Origin: a virus
Lineage: Duplodnaviria > Caudoviricetes
Strand: one strand, 5' to 3'
DNA: 64,000 bases
IMG/VR virus record: IMGVR_UViG_3300001598_001791
Coordinates: 14,432 to 78,431 of that record
Below the pieces are notes generated by a model. That model did not search any database, was not told where the DNA came from, and saw only the letters and a list, made by a program, of their open reading frames with translations. The position numbers and the translations under genes were made by a program. Shown piece after piece: positions 63,568 to 64,000 of the stretch (position 1 is the stretch's first letter; every line of letters starts with the position of its first letter).

Positions 63568-64000
63568 ATGAATAAATATTTTGTTGTTAGTGATGTTCAT
63601 GGATTCTATAATGAGATGATATCTGCTCTTACAGAAAATGGTTTCGATAAAAACAATCCTGAGCATATATTTGTTAGCTGCGGAGATTTATTTGATAGAG
63701 GTAGACAACCGAGAGAGTGTTTAGATTTCGTTCTTAGTTTACCTAGAGAGAGAAGAATTCTTATTAGAGGTAATCATGAAGATCTTCTTGATAATATTAT
63801 GAAATTTCATACATATAATAGCTATGACCACTCAAATGGAACTATTGATACAATAAAGAGATTAACAAAAAAACAATTTGTTGATGATTCAGCTATCTCT
63901 AAATTATCTTCTGACAAGAAAGTTACTGAATATTATAACTCATTAGTTAATTATCACGAAACTGATAAATTTATTTTTGTTCATTCATGGTATCCTTTGG
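63568..64000 (+). CDS. Metallophosphoesterase (calcineurin-like), runs off the window
   Basis: SDVHG, GDLFDRG, RGNHE, FVH. Confidence 0.85.
   Translation, partial: MNKYFVVSDVHGFYNEMISALTENGFDKNNPEHIFVSCGDLFDRGRQPRECLDFVLSLPRERRILIRGNHEDLLDNIMKFHTYNSYDHSNGTIDTIKRLTKKQFVDDSAISKLSSDKKVTEYYNSLVNYHETDKFIFVHSWYPL

Noticed and set aside
1-64000. Suppressor tRNA-Trp(UCA) or other tRNA genes
   Set aside because: No cloverleaf with T-arm GTTCRA and acceptor stem seen by eye; may lie outside the window; tRNAscan-SE or Aragorn needed.

Overview
The window is a segment of a large, AT-rich, T4-like contractile-tailed phage genome that reads TGA as Trp (genetic code 4). Many ORFs in the supplied track are therefore fragments of longer genes, and I re-joined them by hand. 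Gene order: tail-fibre-like genes, terminase, portal, prohead protease, major capsid, neck/sheath/tube/baseplate/fibres (to 43.2 kb), an IS200/IS605 element, a replication operon (SNF2 helicase, initiator, loader, DnaB, DnaG, SSB, PolA), a nucleotide metabolism/possible cytosine-modification cluster, a clamp, a resolvase and nucleases. Core genes are heavily interrupted. (i) The terminase is split in two, carries a split intein and has a GIY-YIG endonuclease gene between the halves. (ii) The major capsid gene has 9 exons and 8 group I introns, including a 24-nt exon, and reassembles to 454 aa. (iii) PolA is in two ORFs and also carries a group I intron. (iv) Most novel: PolA motif A and the P-loop of the dNMP kinase are each broken by a tiny TAA-initiated insertion (8 and 5 nt) inside an RNA hairpin, and exact removal restores the catalytic motif. 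This suggests programmed ribosomal bypassing or micro-intron excision. All calls come from manual reading and motif recognition; no database searches were run.
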